Assembly: GCA_963718615.1 (NCBI GenBank)
Contig: OY970368.1
Span: 3,712,001 to 3,776,000, forward strand
DNA: 64,000 nucleotides
Direction: 5' to 3'
DNA from: an uncultured cyanobacterium
GTDB lineage: Bacteria > Cyanobacteriota > Cyanobacteriia > PCC-9006 > JAAUQQ01
Shown: positions 52,077-61,530 of the stretch, one piece after another
Numbering within the stretch: the stretch's first letter is position 1
How the letters are laid out: every line of letters starts with the position of its first letter
Translations under genes and position numbers: made by a program
The notes under the pieces: generated by a model
The model's database searches: none
The model's input: only the letters and a program-made list of their open reading frames with translations
What the model was told of the DNA's origin: nothing

Positions 52077-52931
52077 CTACTCAAATCCTACCGGAGAGCG
52101 GTCCGACAGGGGGAAAGGAACGGCAAGACGGCGGATGAGGGCTACGTCTACCCAGGGATGGGGCCAAGGATGGGGCCAAGGATGGGGCCAATCTTCGAGC
52201 CCAAGGCCAGCAGCGGTTCCTCCGAGGATTTTGCAGGGGCGATCGCCCTCTCCCAAATGGTTCACGACTAAGACCGCAGCGGCAAAATCCTCATGTTGGG
52301 TATAGCCATTCACGGTAATCAGCGTCGTCAAACCGGCGGCGCGGGCCGCTTGTAGGCCGGGTTTGGAATCTTCGATGGCGAGACAGGCGGCGGCGGGTAA
52401 ATCGAGTTGCTGAAGAACGTATTGATAAATATCCGGGGCAGGCTTTTTGGCGGGAACAATGTCGCCAGCGGCAATGACTTCAAACCACTGGGCTGCATCG
52501 GGGGCGAGGGTATGGATGAGGGCGAGGGCGTTGGGGAGGGCGCTGGTGGTAGCGATCGCCAATCGTATCCCCGCTGCGCGACAGTCCTGCAAGAGTCGCA
52601 ACACACCGGGACGGGGTGGAATGTCACCTTGGTCAATGCGTTGCTGATAGAACTGGGTTTTGGATTGGTGCAGTTGGCGGATGAAGGCGTCGAGTGCGGG
52701 AGCCTCGGGGTCGAGCCCTGGAGGAAGGGAGGGCTGAGCGCTGTGGATATAGTGACGGATGCGCTCTTTGCCACCGCCAATAGCGAGCAGTTGACCGTAG
52801 CGACTTTCGGACCAAACCCAGTCGAGCCCCGCTGCGGCGAAGGCTTGATTAAAGGCAACGCGGTGGCCATCCCGTTCGTTGTCGGCGAGGGTACCATCCA
52901 CATCGAAGATCAGGGCCTGGGGGAAGTTCAT
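52077..52931 (-). CDS. HAD hydrolase (CbbY-like)
   Basis: FDVDGTLAD.ERDGHR, KKPAPDIY and IEDS motifs. Confidence 0.88.
   Translation of the reverse strand: MNFPQALIFDVDGTLADNERDGHRVAFNQAFAAAGLDWVWSESRYGQLLAIGGGKERIRHYIHSAQPSLPPGLDPEAPALDAFIRQLHQSKTQFYQQRIDQGDIPPRPGVLRLLQDCRAAGIRLAIATTSALPNALALIHTLAPDAAQWFEVIAAGDIVPAKKPAPDIYQYVLQQLDLPAAACLAIEDSKPGLQAARAAGLTTLITVNGYTQHEDFAAAVLVVNHLGEGDRPCKILGGTAAGLGLEDWPHPWPHPWPHPWVDVALIRRLAVPFPLSDRSPVGFE
52156..52191. repeat. 12-bp tandem repeat x3 encoding (WPHP)3
   Basis: GGATGGGGCCAA x3. Confidence 0.85.
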
Positions 52932-53030
52932 GGTGCAAGGGCGGTCTAGTTCAAAGTTTTATATTAGGGATTTTTCGTTAAGATGAGGGCGGTTTGTACA
53001 AGTTCAATCCTTATCGTCCCCAGCAGCCCC

Positions 53031-53684
53031 ATGACCCTTAGCTTTGCAGCTCCCGATCAGGTGATTGCCCGTCTCCAGTGGCGTTATGCGGTCAAGCAGT
53101 TTGACCCGACCCAGAAAATTCCCGATGGCCTTTGGGATGCGATCGAAGCGGCTTTGGTCTTAAGCCCTTCTTCATTTGGTCTACAACCCTGGAAATTTTT
53201 TGTGATTCGCAATGCTGAATTGCGGAATCAGTTGCTGCCCCATTCTTCCAATCAAACCCAGGTGGTGGATGCGTCTCATTTGGTGGTGTTGGCGGTGAAA
53301 CAAAATTTGGGTGCTGGGGATGTCGATCGCTATATCCAATCCATAGCTCAAATTCGCCAGACCCCCATCGAGGCGTTGGAAGACTTTGGCAATTTAATGA
53401 AGGGCTTTTTGGCGGACCCCCAACGGGATACGGATGCCTGGGCCAGACGCCAGGTTTATATTGCCCTGGGTCAGTTGCTGACGACAGCGGCGATGCTGGG
53501 GGTGGATGCTTGTCCGATGGAGGGCTTTACGCCTGCGAAATACGATGAAATCCTAGGGCTCGATCAGATGGGCTATGCCTCGCTGGTGATTTGTCCCGTG
53601 GGCTATCGGGCGGCGGATGATCCCTATGCGTCTTTGGCGAAGGTGCGGTTTGCGCGGGGGGAGATGGTGCAGCATCTAGGGTAG
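53031..53684 (+). CDS. Nitroreductase family NAD(P)H oxidoreductase
   Basis: WRYAVK.FD, SPSSFGLQPW and DACPMEGF motifs. Confidence 0.9.
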   Translation: MTLSFAAPDQVIARLQWRYAVKQFDPTQKIPDGLWDAIEAALVLSPSSFGLQPWKFFVIRNAELRNQLLPHSSNQTQVVDASHLVVLAVKQNLGAGDVDRYIQSIAQIRQTPIEALEDFGNLMKGFLADPQRDTDAWARRQVYIALGQLLTTAAMLGVDACPMEGFTPAKYDEILGLDQMGYASLVICPVGYRAADDPYASLAKVRFARGEMVQHLG

Positions 53685-53828
53685 GCGTAAAGGGGTAAAC
53701 ACATGATTTATCCCTCTAGAGCTCTTTTCAGCAGTTGTCTGCACTGATTGCCAATGTATTGCTTGCAGCCTGATATTTCTGAAGTTTTCCCGTAAAATTG
53801 CGGAAGTATTTGCCTCACAGGAGCAGCA

Positions 53829-56800
53829 ATGGTCGGTAATGTCGGGAAATCATGGCTGCGGGCTAAAATGCCTTTGTCTGTAGGCTTAGGGCTAGCAGCA
53901 ACGTTGCTGGAAGGGCAGATTGGATTCGCTCAGGTTCAAAGCGACGGCTCCCTAGGGACGTTGGTTAATAATTCACTCACGGAGGCTTGCTTGGGGGTCT
54001 GTACGGTCACGGGGGGGGCTAATCCTCAAAATGGACCCAACCTCTTCCAGAGTTTTCGACAGTTTTCATTGGCTGGGGGTGATACGACGCAGTTTGTGGT
54101 CGAGCCCACAACGCAAAATCTGCTGGTGCGGGTAACGGGCCTTGGGGCTGATTTTGTTTCTAATATCAATGGCACGATCCAGGCGGTAGACGGTGGGTTG
54201 ATGCAAAGCCAACCGGTGAATTTATTTTTTATCAATCCTAATGGCATCGTGTTTGGACCGGCCTCAAAGTTGGAGATGGGAGGCTCGGTTTTAGCTACAA
54301 CGGCGGAGCGAATGCAGTTTGCGGATGGGGCGGTGTTTTCGGCAGGGCAGGTGGCCCAGGGAGCGCCGCTGTTGACGGTGAGTTCGCCGATGGGATTACA
54401 GATGGGGGCGCAAGCGGGGGATGTGCGGCTGGAGGCGGTGGATTGGTTGGGGGGCGATCGCAATCTAGTCGGGTTCACGTACAAAAACCTGGCCTTGGTC
54501 GGTGGCAAGGTGGATATCGAGAATGGACAGATTTGGGGGTTGGGTGGAGAGGTGGCGATCGCGGCGATCGCCCCCTTCGGCAACGTCAACCTGGACCTCG
54601 ACGGTAGACTGTCTCTCCCAGATAGCGCCCAACGTAGCAATGTCGCCATCCAGAACTCCCGAATCATCCTCCTTGGGGATGGGGAAAGAGACTTGGAGGT
54701 AACCGCTCAACGCATTGATCTCAATGGCGTAACTTTCATCACAGGCCGCTTTTCAGGCATTGCAGTCCCTGAGAATCCGCTGGATGCGATTCGGCTGGAT
54801 GCGTCAGAGGCGATCGTCCTAGTTGCCAATTCTGTGGTGAGCGATACGACCTTAGAAGGCAATGCCCCCTCGGGAGGAATCCGAGTGATAACAGGCTTTT
54901 TGGACCTGCAGGGGGGTAGTCAAATCTTGACGAGTAATGTGAGTTCGGGCCAGCCTGGTGAAATCAGAATTACAGCCACGGAAGGGGTGCGGCTGCAAGG
55001 GCTTAGGGCAGATGGGCTGACATCCAGTAGCATTAGAAGCCTCTTTTCAGGCGCTGGCGGCAAATCTAGCAATATTGTGATTGGAACCTCCAAGTTGGAA
55101 GTTTTGGAGGGTGCCCAATTTTTTACACAGACGACGGGTGCAGGAGATGCGGGGGATATTCAAATTACGGCGAGTGATTCGATTGTGTTGCAGGGGCAGG
55201 GACGTGCCAATCTTCCCACCAGTATTGGCAGCCAAGTGGGTCGTGATGCGGAGGGGAACGGCGGCAATCTCAGCTTCAACACTGCAAGCCTAGAAGTCCT
55301 AGATGGGGCTCAGATTGGGTCACTGCTCTTTGGCAAAGGCCAGGCTGGAGATGTTGAAATCACCGCCGATCGCATTCTTGTACAAGGTGAAGCGTTGGAT
55401 GGGACTAGCGCCAGCTCGATTAGCACCGCCATCCAGCCCAGCGGCCAGGGGACCGGAAGCGATGTGCGTATCCGCACAGCCGTGCTGGAATTGCTGGATG
55501 GCGGGCAAATTTCGGCCTCTACGATTGGCATTGGCAATGCCGGGGCGGTGAACATTCGGGCGAGCAATTCCGTTCGTTTGCAGGGTGAGCTACTGGATGG
55601 TAGTAGCAACAGTGGGATTGGCAGCGATGTCCAAGTGGGCGCACAGGGGGCAGGGGGCGAAGTCTTGATCGAAACCCCACTGCTAGAGGTGTTGGATGGG
55701 GCTACCATTTCCGCTTCGACTTTTGGAGTAGGTAATGCAGGCCAGCTTAGAATTCGGACCGGTGCCTCTGCCGGTTTTGACCAAGCGGGGCGGGTTCGCG
55801 TCCAGGGAAGGAATCGGGCGAATGACAATTCCAGCCTGATTTCCAGTAGCGTTCAAGAAGCGGGGCGGGGGACAGGGGGAGAAGTAGAGATTGATACCGG
55901 GGTGCTAGAGGTCTTGGAGGGAGGACAAATTTCTGCATTTACCCAAGGGATTGGTGATGCGGGGAATTTGAAGATTCGGGCGAGCGATCGCATCCTCCTC
56001 CAGGGCAGCCGCGATCTAGCAACCCAGCAAACCACGATTTCAGCAAACGTCTCATCCGAGGCCCAAGGCAATGGGGGAAGCTTGCAGATCGATACCTCAA
56101 TTCTTGAGGTACTCGACGGTGGCCAGATCGGAGCAATCACCTTTGGCCAAGGCAATGCAGGCAATATCGAGATTACCGCTCGCAAGTCTGCGCGATTTGA
56201 TGGGATTAGCTTCGATGGATTTCCCAGCGGGGCCTTTAGTTCTGTCGAAGAAGCTGCGACAGGTCAGGGCGGAGATCTCGTTGTGGAAACACCAGTTTTG
56301 GAAGTGCTAACGGGTGCCGCATTGGGCGTGAGTACCTTTGGCCAGGGGGATGCGGGGACGATGCGGCTGAATGTCAGTGAGCGGATTTTGATCGCTGGGA
56401 GCGATCGCCTGGGTTTACCCTCGATTGCTGGTGGGTCTAATTCGCGGTTATCGACTGGAAAAGCGGGCAGCCTCCAAATCACGACCCCCCAACTCACTGT
56501 AACCGATGGCGGGGTTGTTGAGACAAGCACCTCGAATAGTCAGCCGGGTGGCGAGATCATCCTCGCCCTGGGTCGCCTAGACCTACTGAATGGCGGCCAA
56601 ATCGCCAATAATTCAGATGGTGGTTCTGGCCCTGCTGGCAGCATCCAGATCACCGCCACAGAGGGAATTACCATCGCTGGGACGGATCCAACCTTTGCCA
56701 ACCGGGCGCAGCTCGATAGCCGTATCTCACTGTTCTACTTGCCTGAGAGCACGATCGCTGTCCGCTCCACCGGTACCGGAGCCGCTGGGGATTTGGCTCT

Positions 56801-57602
56801 GAATACTCCAATTCTCATCCTGGGCGATCGCGGCCAACTCATCGCCGATTCCAACACAACCACTGGTGGCAACCTCAACCTCAACCTCGACCAAGCCTTG
56901 ATGATGGAAAAGGATAGCTTAATCAGTGCAACAGCCGGTCGTGCCCAAGGTTCTGGTAACGGGGGGAACATTACAATCAATGCTCCCTTTGTACTAAGTT
57001 TCCCCAACAACAATAGCGATATCCTTGCTAATGCCTTTAGTGGCACAGGAGGCAACATTACTATCGACTCGGAAGCCATTCTTAACTTTCAGTTGCAAAG
57101 CGAACCGAACATTGAAGCCTTGAGACGTAATCTCACCAACGATATCAGCGCCAGCTCCCAACTGGGCAATAGTGGCCTGCTCAACCTTGCTGGACTCAAT
57201 GTTGATCCGAGCCAAGGAACATCCCAGATTCGCCTATCCCCTCCGCTCACCAGCACCGTTGATCGAACCTGTTCCAACCAAACCATAGCAAACAATCGTT
57301 TTGTCCTGACTGGACGTAGCGGCCTACCACTCAGTCCCGACGATCCCCCCTCTCCTCTCTCGACACAGGTGGGATGGGTTCCATTACCCGGTTCTTTTAG
57401 CGTAACTCCAGTCTCTTCCGTATTGCCAGTTCTCACATCAGGATCTCACCCCGATCGCACGTCTCCCGTTGAGGCCGATCGCTGGCAACAAAATGCCATG
57501 GGCGAGGTCGTTCTTATGGATCAAGAGACTAAACCACTACCCACTTCACAGGTTAGCTGTGGGTTGCTGACGAAAATTGATCAAGACCTTGATTCTCGCT
57601 GA
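53829..57602 (+). CDS. Filamentous haemagglutinin/TpsA-type exoprotein
   Basis: NLFQSF..FS and FINPNGIVFG TPS motifs; repeated LEVLDG.QI...T.G.G.AG beta-helix units; C-terminal F..TGR.GLP. Confidence 0.9.
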   Translation: MVGNVGKSWLRAKMPLSVGLGLAATLLEGQIGFAQVQSDGSLGTLVNNSLTEACLGVCTVTGGANPQNGPNLFQSFRQFSLAGGDTTQFVVEPTTQNLLVRVTGLGADFVSNINGTIQAVDGGLMQSQPVNLFFINPNGIVFGPASKLEMGGSVLATTAERMQFADGAVFSAGQVAQGAPLLTVSSPMGLQMGAQAGDVRLEAVDWLGGDRNLVGFTYKNLALVGGKVDIENGQIWGLGGEVAIAAIAPFGNVNLDLDGRLSLPDSAQRSNVAIQNSRIILLGDGERDLEVTAQRIDLNGVTFITGRFSGIAVPENPLDAIRLDASEAIVLVANSVVSDTTLEGNAPSGGIRVITGFLDLQGGSQILTSNVSSGQPGEIRITATEGVRLQGLRADGLTSSSIRSLFSGAGGKSSNIVIGTSKLEVLEGAQFFTQTTGAGDAGDIQITASDSIVLQGQGRANLPTSIGSQVGRDAEGNGGNLSFNTASLEVLDGAQIGSLLFGKGQAGDVEITADRILVQGEALDGTSASSISTAIQPSGQGTGSDVRIRTAVLELLDGGQISASTIGIGNAGAVNIRASNSVRLQGELLDGSSNSGIGSDVQVGAQGAGGEVLIETPLLEVLDGATISASTFGVGNAGQLRIRTGASAGFDQAGRVRVQGRNRANDNSSLISSSVQEAGRGTGGEVEIDTGVLEVLEGGQISAFTQGIGDAGNLKIRASDRILLQGSRDLATQQTTISANVSSEAQGNGGSLQIDTSILEVLDGGQIGAITFGQGNAGNIEITARKSARFDGISFDGFPSGAFSSVEEAATGQGGDLVVETPVLEVLTGAALGVSTFGQGDAGTMRLNVSERILIAGSDRLGLPSIAGGSNSRLSTGKAGSLQITTPQLTVTDGGVVETSTSNSQPGGEIILALGRLDLLNGGQIANNSDGGSGPAGSIQITATEGITIAGTDPTFANRAQLDSRISLFYLPESTIAVRSTGTGAAGDLALNTPILILGDRGQLIADSNTTTGGNLNLNLDQALMMEKDSLISATAGRAQGSGNGGNITINAPFVLSFPNNNSDILANAFSGTGGNITIDSEAILNFQLQSEPNIEALRRNLTNDISASSQLGNSGLLNLAGLNVDPSQGTSQIRLSPPLTSTVDRTCSNQTIANNRFVLTGRSGLPLSPDDPPSPLSTQVGWVPLPGSFSVTPVSSVLPVLTSGSHPDRTSPVEADRWQQNAMGEVVLMDQETKPLPTSQVSCGLLTKIDQDLDSR

Positions 57603-57616
57603 GGTGCATATTCAGT

Positions 57617-58180
57617 CTAAGCCAACAGCCAGCCAAATAATTCTTCCACCGTCAGCTCTAAACCCGACGCCCAATCGGGAACCGGCAGGCGATCGCCCGA
57701 CTGTTCAAAACTGCGCGATCGCCCATCCTGAGGCGAAGCCACCACCGACCTTTCCTCCGGGTCCAACAACCAGCCCATCTGACATCCATGGTCGAGACAA
57801 TGGAGGATATTCTTAGCGACCTTCTTGTAGTCTTGATTCGGCGACAAAATCTCGATCGTCCAGTCAGGAGCCCTCAGCACCGCATTGGCAATTTCACCAG
57901 ACTCATCTAAAGGAACATTCTTCTGTTGCAGCACCACAATATCTGGAACAACTGAGCGACCCCCAAACGTGCAGCGAAGCTCTGGAAACGCTTCAGCCGT
58001 TGCGGCAGGGAGGACAATGGATTCAATTTTATAAATGAGTCGTTTTTGGAGGCGGCTGTGTTTTCCCTGGGGCATGGGCTTCTGAATGATTTGACCATCA
58101 ATGTATTCGCTAGCAGGCTTTGTCTCTGGCATCTGCAAGAATGCTTCTAGGGACAGCGGTTTGATAGGAGTTTGTACCAT
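57617..58180 (-). CDS. Uma2 family endonuclease
   Basis: PETKPASEY, VPDI and PDWTIEILSP motifs. Confidence 0.9.
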   Translation of the reverse strand: MVQTPIKPLSLEAFLQMPETKPASEYIDGQIIQKPMPQGKHSRLQKRLIYKIESIVLPAATAEAFPELRCTFGGRSVVPDIVVLQQKNVPLDESGEIANAVLRAPDWTIEILSPNQDYKKVAKNILHCLDHGCQMGWLLDPEERSVVASPQDGRSRSFEQSGDRLPVPDWASGLELTVEELFGWLLA

Positions 58181-58276
58181 TGAATCCATCCTTCGTTCTT
58201 CAACACCCACCTTTACTATTACTATATCGTGGGACTGTGCCCAGTCGCCAAACAGTCGAGTCACCCCTATTGCCCC

Positions 58277-58903
58277 CTATTGTTGACTGAGATAGGCGAT
58301 CGCCTCCCGAATCCAATCCTCCACATCAGCATTTTTTGCCAGACTAGTTTGCTGACCAACCGTAGCGATCGCCTCCATAATCTCTCGACTGCTATACCCC
58401 AACGCCAACAGCGTCATTTCCACATCCTCCTGAATCTCAGACACCGGCCCTGCCCCCGGAGACGTCAGCAACCCCACCGATTCTCGCCATTCCGCCAGTT
58501 TGGCCCGCAACTCTAGAGAAATTCGCTCAGCAGTCTTTTTGCCGACGCCGGGAGCTTGGGATAGAAGCCGTACATTATTGGAGACGATCGCCTGGACCAG
58601 CTCCTTCAATTCCAATGTGTTGAGCAGTGCAATCCCCGACTGCGCCCCAATGCCGCTAACGCTAATCAGTTGCCGAAACAAGTCACGCTCCGCGATCGAG
58701 CCAAAGCCATAGAGCGTCCACTGGTCTTCCCGCACCTGGAGGTGGATAAACAGTTGACACTCCTGCCCCGCAGCGGGAATCTCGGGCATGAGGCGCGGCA
58801 CAATTTGGATTTCGTAGCCGACCCCGCTGACATTGAGCAACAAAATAACGCGATTATTGAGGCGCTGAACGCCTGCGACGGTGCCTTGGAGAAAACCGAT
58901 CAT
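58277..58903 (-). CDS. ruvA: Holliday junction branch migration protein RuvA
   Basis: GVGYE, LYGF, VSGIG and PGVGKKTAERI motifs. Confidence 0.95.
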   Translation of the reverse strand: MIGFLQGTVAGVQRLNNRVILLLNVSGVGYEIQIVPRLMPEIPAAGQECQLFIHLQVREDQWTLYGFGSIAERDLFRQLISVSGIGAQSGIALLNTLELKELVQAIVSNNVRLLSQAPGVGKKTAERISLELRAKLAEWRESVGLLTSPGAGPVSEIQEDVEMTLLALGYSSREIMEAIATVGQQTSLAKNADVEDWIREAIAYLSQQ

Positions 58904-58983
58904 AGAAATGGAGAACGCAAAGGAATAGTAGAGCTCAAAGTCATGATTTAAAATTGCGGTATTGTTTGCGATTGCCCCTTCCC

Positions 58984-59370
58984 ATGACCCAAGTCAAAAT
59001 CTACGGGCTAAAAGCCCAGCTCAACCCCATTAAAGCACAGCTTTCTGAAATCATTCACGCCTGTGTCGTCACAGCGCTTCAGTACCCGTCGGATAAACGC
59101 GCCCATCGTTTCTTTCCCCTTGAATCTGAGGATTTTTTCTATCCGGCTGGGCGGAGCGATCGCTATACAATCCTAGAATTTAGCATGTTTGAAGGTCGCA
59201 CCACCGCCGCTAAAAAACAACTGATTCGACTCCTGTTTGAGCAAGTTCAATCCTTAGGAATTACACCCCAGGATTTAGAAATTACTATTTTTGAAACACC
59301 TCAGCACAACTGGGGCTTTCGAGGCTTACCTGGCGATGAGCATGCCTTGAATTACAAGGTCAATGTCTAG
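58984..59370 (+). CDS. Tautomerase family protein
   Basis: MTQVKIYG, MFEGR...KKQLI and ETP.HNWG motifs. Confidence 0.8.
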   Translation: MTQVKIYGLKAQLNPIKAQLSEIIHACVVTALQYPSDKRAHRFFPLESEDFFYPAGRSDRYTILEFSMFEGRTTAAKKQLIRLLFEQVQSLGITPQDLEITIFETPQHNWGFRGLPGDEHALNYKVNV

Positions 59371-59505
59371 GTCAATCACTGGCGGACCGTGAAACAAAGC
59401 AGGGAAGCTGTAAAGAAATATTGCAGGTTTTCTAAAAAATGCCATTTTGGCATCTTCTTCCATAACCCTTGTCCTTCAATAGGGTAGACCCTGGAGGAGA
59501 AGCTC

Positions 59506-59976
59506 ATGCAGCCTAATCTACCGATCGCCCTCTTCGAAAAAGTTAAAGAGTTTTTGGTTCGTTTGGTCAAAGATCAAGCCTTTGTCACCCAGCTTCAAGG
59601 CACCCCCCCCGATACCGTTCAGCAAACCCTAGAATCCCTCGGCTACAGCTTCACCAAAGAGGAGCTAGAATCCGCCACAATTGAAATTCTAGACCTGAAG
59701 GAACGGGGCGAATTTCACGAGCTGACTAGCGAAGAATTGACCGGTGCCGTAGGGGGACTCCTCCTGCGTTATCCAATCATTCAGCCCATGTATGGTGTGA
59801 TTATTGATCCGCCCATTGGCCGACGGCCCAGACCTCGTCCCTGGAAACCGCCCATCGATCCGACACCGGCTCCAGTTCCCATCGACCCAATTGTCCAGCC
59901 CATGTACGGTGTCGTGATTGAGCCGCCCATTGATATTCAGCCCATGTATGGCGTGATTATCGATACCTCGTTTTAG
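59506..59976 (+). CDS. Nif11-leader RiPP precursor with three MYG motifs (spliceotide-type)
   Basis: GGAG RBS; Nif11-like leader (GYSFT.EEL...ELTSEELTGAVGG); 72-aa core with QPMYGV x3. Confidence 0.88.
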   Translation: MQPNLPIALFEKVKEFLVRLVKDQAFVTQLQGTPPDTVQQTLESLGYSFTKEELESATIEILDLKERGEFHELTSEELTGAVGGLLLRYPIIQPMYGVIIDPPIGRRPRPRPWKPPIDPTPAPVPIDPIVQPMYGVVIEPPIDIQPMYGVIIDTSF

Positions 59977-60028
59977 TCACCGCTGCATCAACTGAATCCT
60001 TACAATTCCATCAATGGAGTAATGCGCC

Positions 60029-61300
60029 ATGGCCTATCGTCGCGTCAGCTATGCCGTTTGGGAGATTACGCTCAAATGCAACTTAGCCTGTAGCCATTGT
60101 GGTTCGCGAGCGGGTCAGGCGCGTCACGACGAACTCTCCACCGAAGAAGCCCTCGATCTGGTTCGTCAGATGGCGGAGGTGGGGATCAAAGAGGTGACAC
60201 TCATTGGCGGTGAGGCGTTTTTGCGATCGGACTGGTTGCAGATCGCCGAGGCAATCAACCAAGCGGGCATGCGCTGCACGATGACGACCGGTGGATTTGG
60301 CATTTCCCTGGACTTGGCCCGACGAATGAAGGCGGCGGGGATTGCCACCGTTTCTGTTTCCATTGATGGCTTAGCAACTACCCACGATCGCCTGCGGGGT
60401 CGTCCCGGCTCCTGGGATTCGGCCTTTCGCACAATGGGCCATTTGCGCGAAGTGGGCATTCCCTTTGGCTGCAATACCCAGCTCAATCGTTGGTCTGCTC
60501 CGGAGTTTCCCCGGATTTACGAATGCATCCGCGATGCCGGAGCTAGAGCTTGGCAAATTCAGCTCACGGTTCCCATGGGCAATGCGGCAGACAATGCAGA
60601 GATGCTTCTGCAACCGGCTGAATTACTAGAGCTCTATCCCATGATTGCCGAAGTGGCGCGGCGGTCCCAGACGGAGGGGGTTCAACTCCAACCTGGTAAT
60701 AACATTGGCTACTACGGTCCCTACGAACGGCTCCTGCGGGGGCGGGGCAAACCTGATGATTGGGTGTTTTGGCAGGGTTGTGCGGCGGGTCTAGCGACAC
60801 TGGGGATTGAGGCCGATGGCGCGATTAAGGGCTGTCCTTCGTTGCCGACAGCGGCCTATACAGGGGGGAACATTCGCGATCGCAATCTCCGCAGCATCAT
60901 CGAAGAAACCGAAGAACTCCGGTTCAATCTGGGTGCAGGCACCCCCGAGGGTACAGCTCATCTTTGGGGCTTTTGCCAAACCTGTGAATACGCCGAACTT
61001 TGCCGAGGCGGCTGCACCTGGACATCCCATGTCTTTTTCAATCGCCGGGGCAATAATCCCTACTGCCACCACCGGGCATTGGCCCAGGCAGAGCAGGGCC
61101 TCCGCGAACGGGTTGTACCCAAAACCATTGCGCCGGGATTGCCCTTTGATAATGGGGAGTTTGCCATGGTCGAAGAGCCCCTAGAGGCCCCTTGGCCGGA
61201 AGCCGATGAATTACATTTTACGAGCGATCGCATCCAGTGGCCAGCAGGCTGGTTTGTCGAGCCGAAGGTAGACCCGAAAGTGGAAGCGATCGCCCAATAA
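60029..61300 (+). CDS. Radical SAM/SPASM peptide maturase, PlpX-like splicease
   Basis: CNLACSHC; SPASM cysteines (GCAAG, GCPSL, CQTC...CRGGC, YC); strong recalled similarity to PlpX. Confidence 0.9.
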   Translation: MAYRRVSYAVWEITLKCNLACSHCGSRAGQARHDELSTEEALDLVRQMAEVGIKEVTLIGGEAFLRSDWLQIAEAINQAGMRCTMTTGGFGISLDLARRMKAAGIATVSVSIDGLATTHDRLRGRPGSWDSAFRTMGHLREVGIPFGCNTQLNRWSAPEFPRIYECIRDAGARAWQIQLTVPMGNAADNAEMLLQPAELLELYPMIAEVARRSQTEGVQLQPGNNIGYYGPYERLLRGRGKPDDWVFWQGCAAGLATLGIEADGAIKGCPSLPTAAYTGGNIRDRNLRSIIEETEELRFNLGAGTPEGTAHLWGFCQTCEYAELCRGGCTWTSHVFFNRRGNNPYCHHRALAQAEQGLRERVVPKTIAPGLPFDNGEFAMVEEPLEAPWPEADELHFTSDRIQWPAGWFVEPKVDPKVEAIAQ

Positions 61301-61326
61301 ACAGAATTTCATTAACGCCCAACGCC

Positions 61327-61530
61327 ATGGCTACTGAAGAACCAGCGAATTCCAATCCCCCACTTTCCAATCCCCCGATGGAACAGATCCCATTACTGCC
61401 TCGCTCTGCTTGGAACAGCGAGATCACTCGGCTGAAGGTGTTGTTCAAAGCGAAGCAGGCACTCGATCGCGAGGAGAAAGCCTTTCTGAAACGTGGCGAT
61501 CGCCCAGAGGCTCCTCCCGATCATCGATAA
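61327..61530 (+). CDS. Small PlpY-like accessory protein
   Basis: 67 aa directly after the rSAM gene; LLPRSAW..EI..LK.LFKAKQAL resembles the recalled PlpY sequence. Confidence 0.7.
   Translation: MATEEPANSNPPLSNPPMEQIPLLPRSAWNSEITRLKVLFKAKQALDREEKAFLKRGDRPEAPPDHR

Noticed and set aside
54900-56650. Internal repeats in the FHA-like gene
   Set aside because: Ordinary beta-helix repeats of TpsA-type proteins
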